A DNA stretch of 64,000 nt from Macrostomum hystrix (lineage: Eukaryota; Animalia; Platyhelminthes). The notes under the pieces are model-generated. The model ran no database searches. It was not told where the DNA came from and saw nothing but the letters and a program-made list of their open reading frames with translations. The stretch is from the NCBI GenBank assembly GCA_950097015.1, contig CATNEN010000003.1:14260001-14324000 (forward strand), given 5' to 3'. Positions 63,900 through 64,000 of this stretch are shown in pieces. Numbering within the stretch: the stretch's first letter is position 1; each line of letters begins with the position of its first letter. Made by a program: the position numbers and the translations under genes.

Positions 63900-64000
63900 G
63901 TATAATATATATATGTATGGTAAACTGTAAAGTTATATGCTTCTATGTACTCAAAACGGTTTTATTAAGTTAACACAAATTCCGGATCTTATTTGTTTCA

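Overview
Eukaryotic (invertebrate, probably lophotrochozoan/flatworm-like; low confidence on taxon) genomic DNA with two convergent, intron-rich genes. (1) + strand: the 3' portion of a COE/Collier/EBF transcription factor gene, 8 exons from 3749 to the stop at 22550. They encode the zinc-knuckle DNA-binding domain, IPT/TIG domain, a non-vertebrate single-helix-2 HLH and a polyQ/polyA tail; the 5' exons lie upstream of the window. (2) - strand: a complete GAF-GAF cGMP phosphodiesterase of the PDE5/PDE6/PDE11 group, 13 core exons from 43509 to 24319, about 918 aa, plus two candidate micro-exons. All junctions were read by hand as GT..AG and are phase-consistent. About 30 kb (~45%) of the window is roughly 39 different tandem arrays (units 6-60 bp). 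Almost every intron longer than ~300 nt has its own array, often reaching to within 4-40 nt of a splice site, while array-free introns are mostly 70-103 nt. Also present: two tRNA-derived SINE families, a hAT/Charlie-like MITE with a minisatellite inside it, a Mutator-like MITE, a fold-back pair of inverted arrays and a perfect RFX X-box. Most long ORFs in the supplied track are artefacts of these repeats. No prokaryotic, CRISPR or rRNA features were seen.
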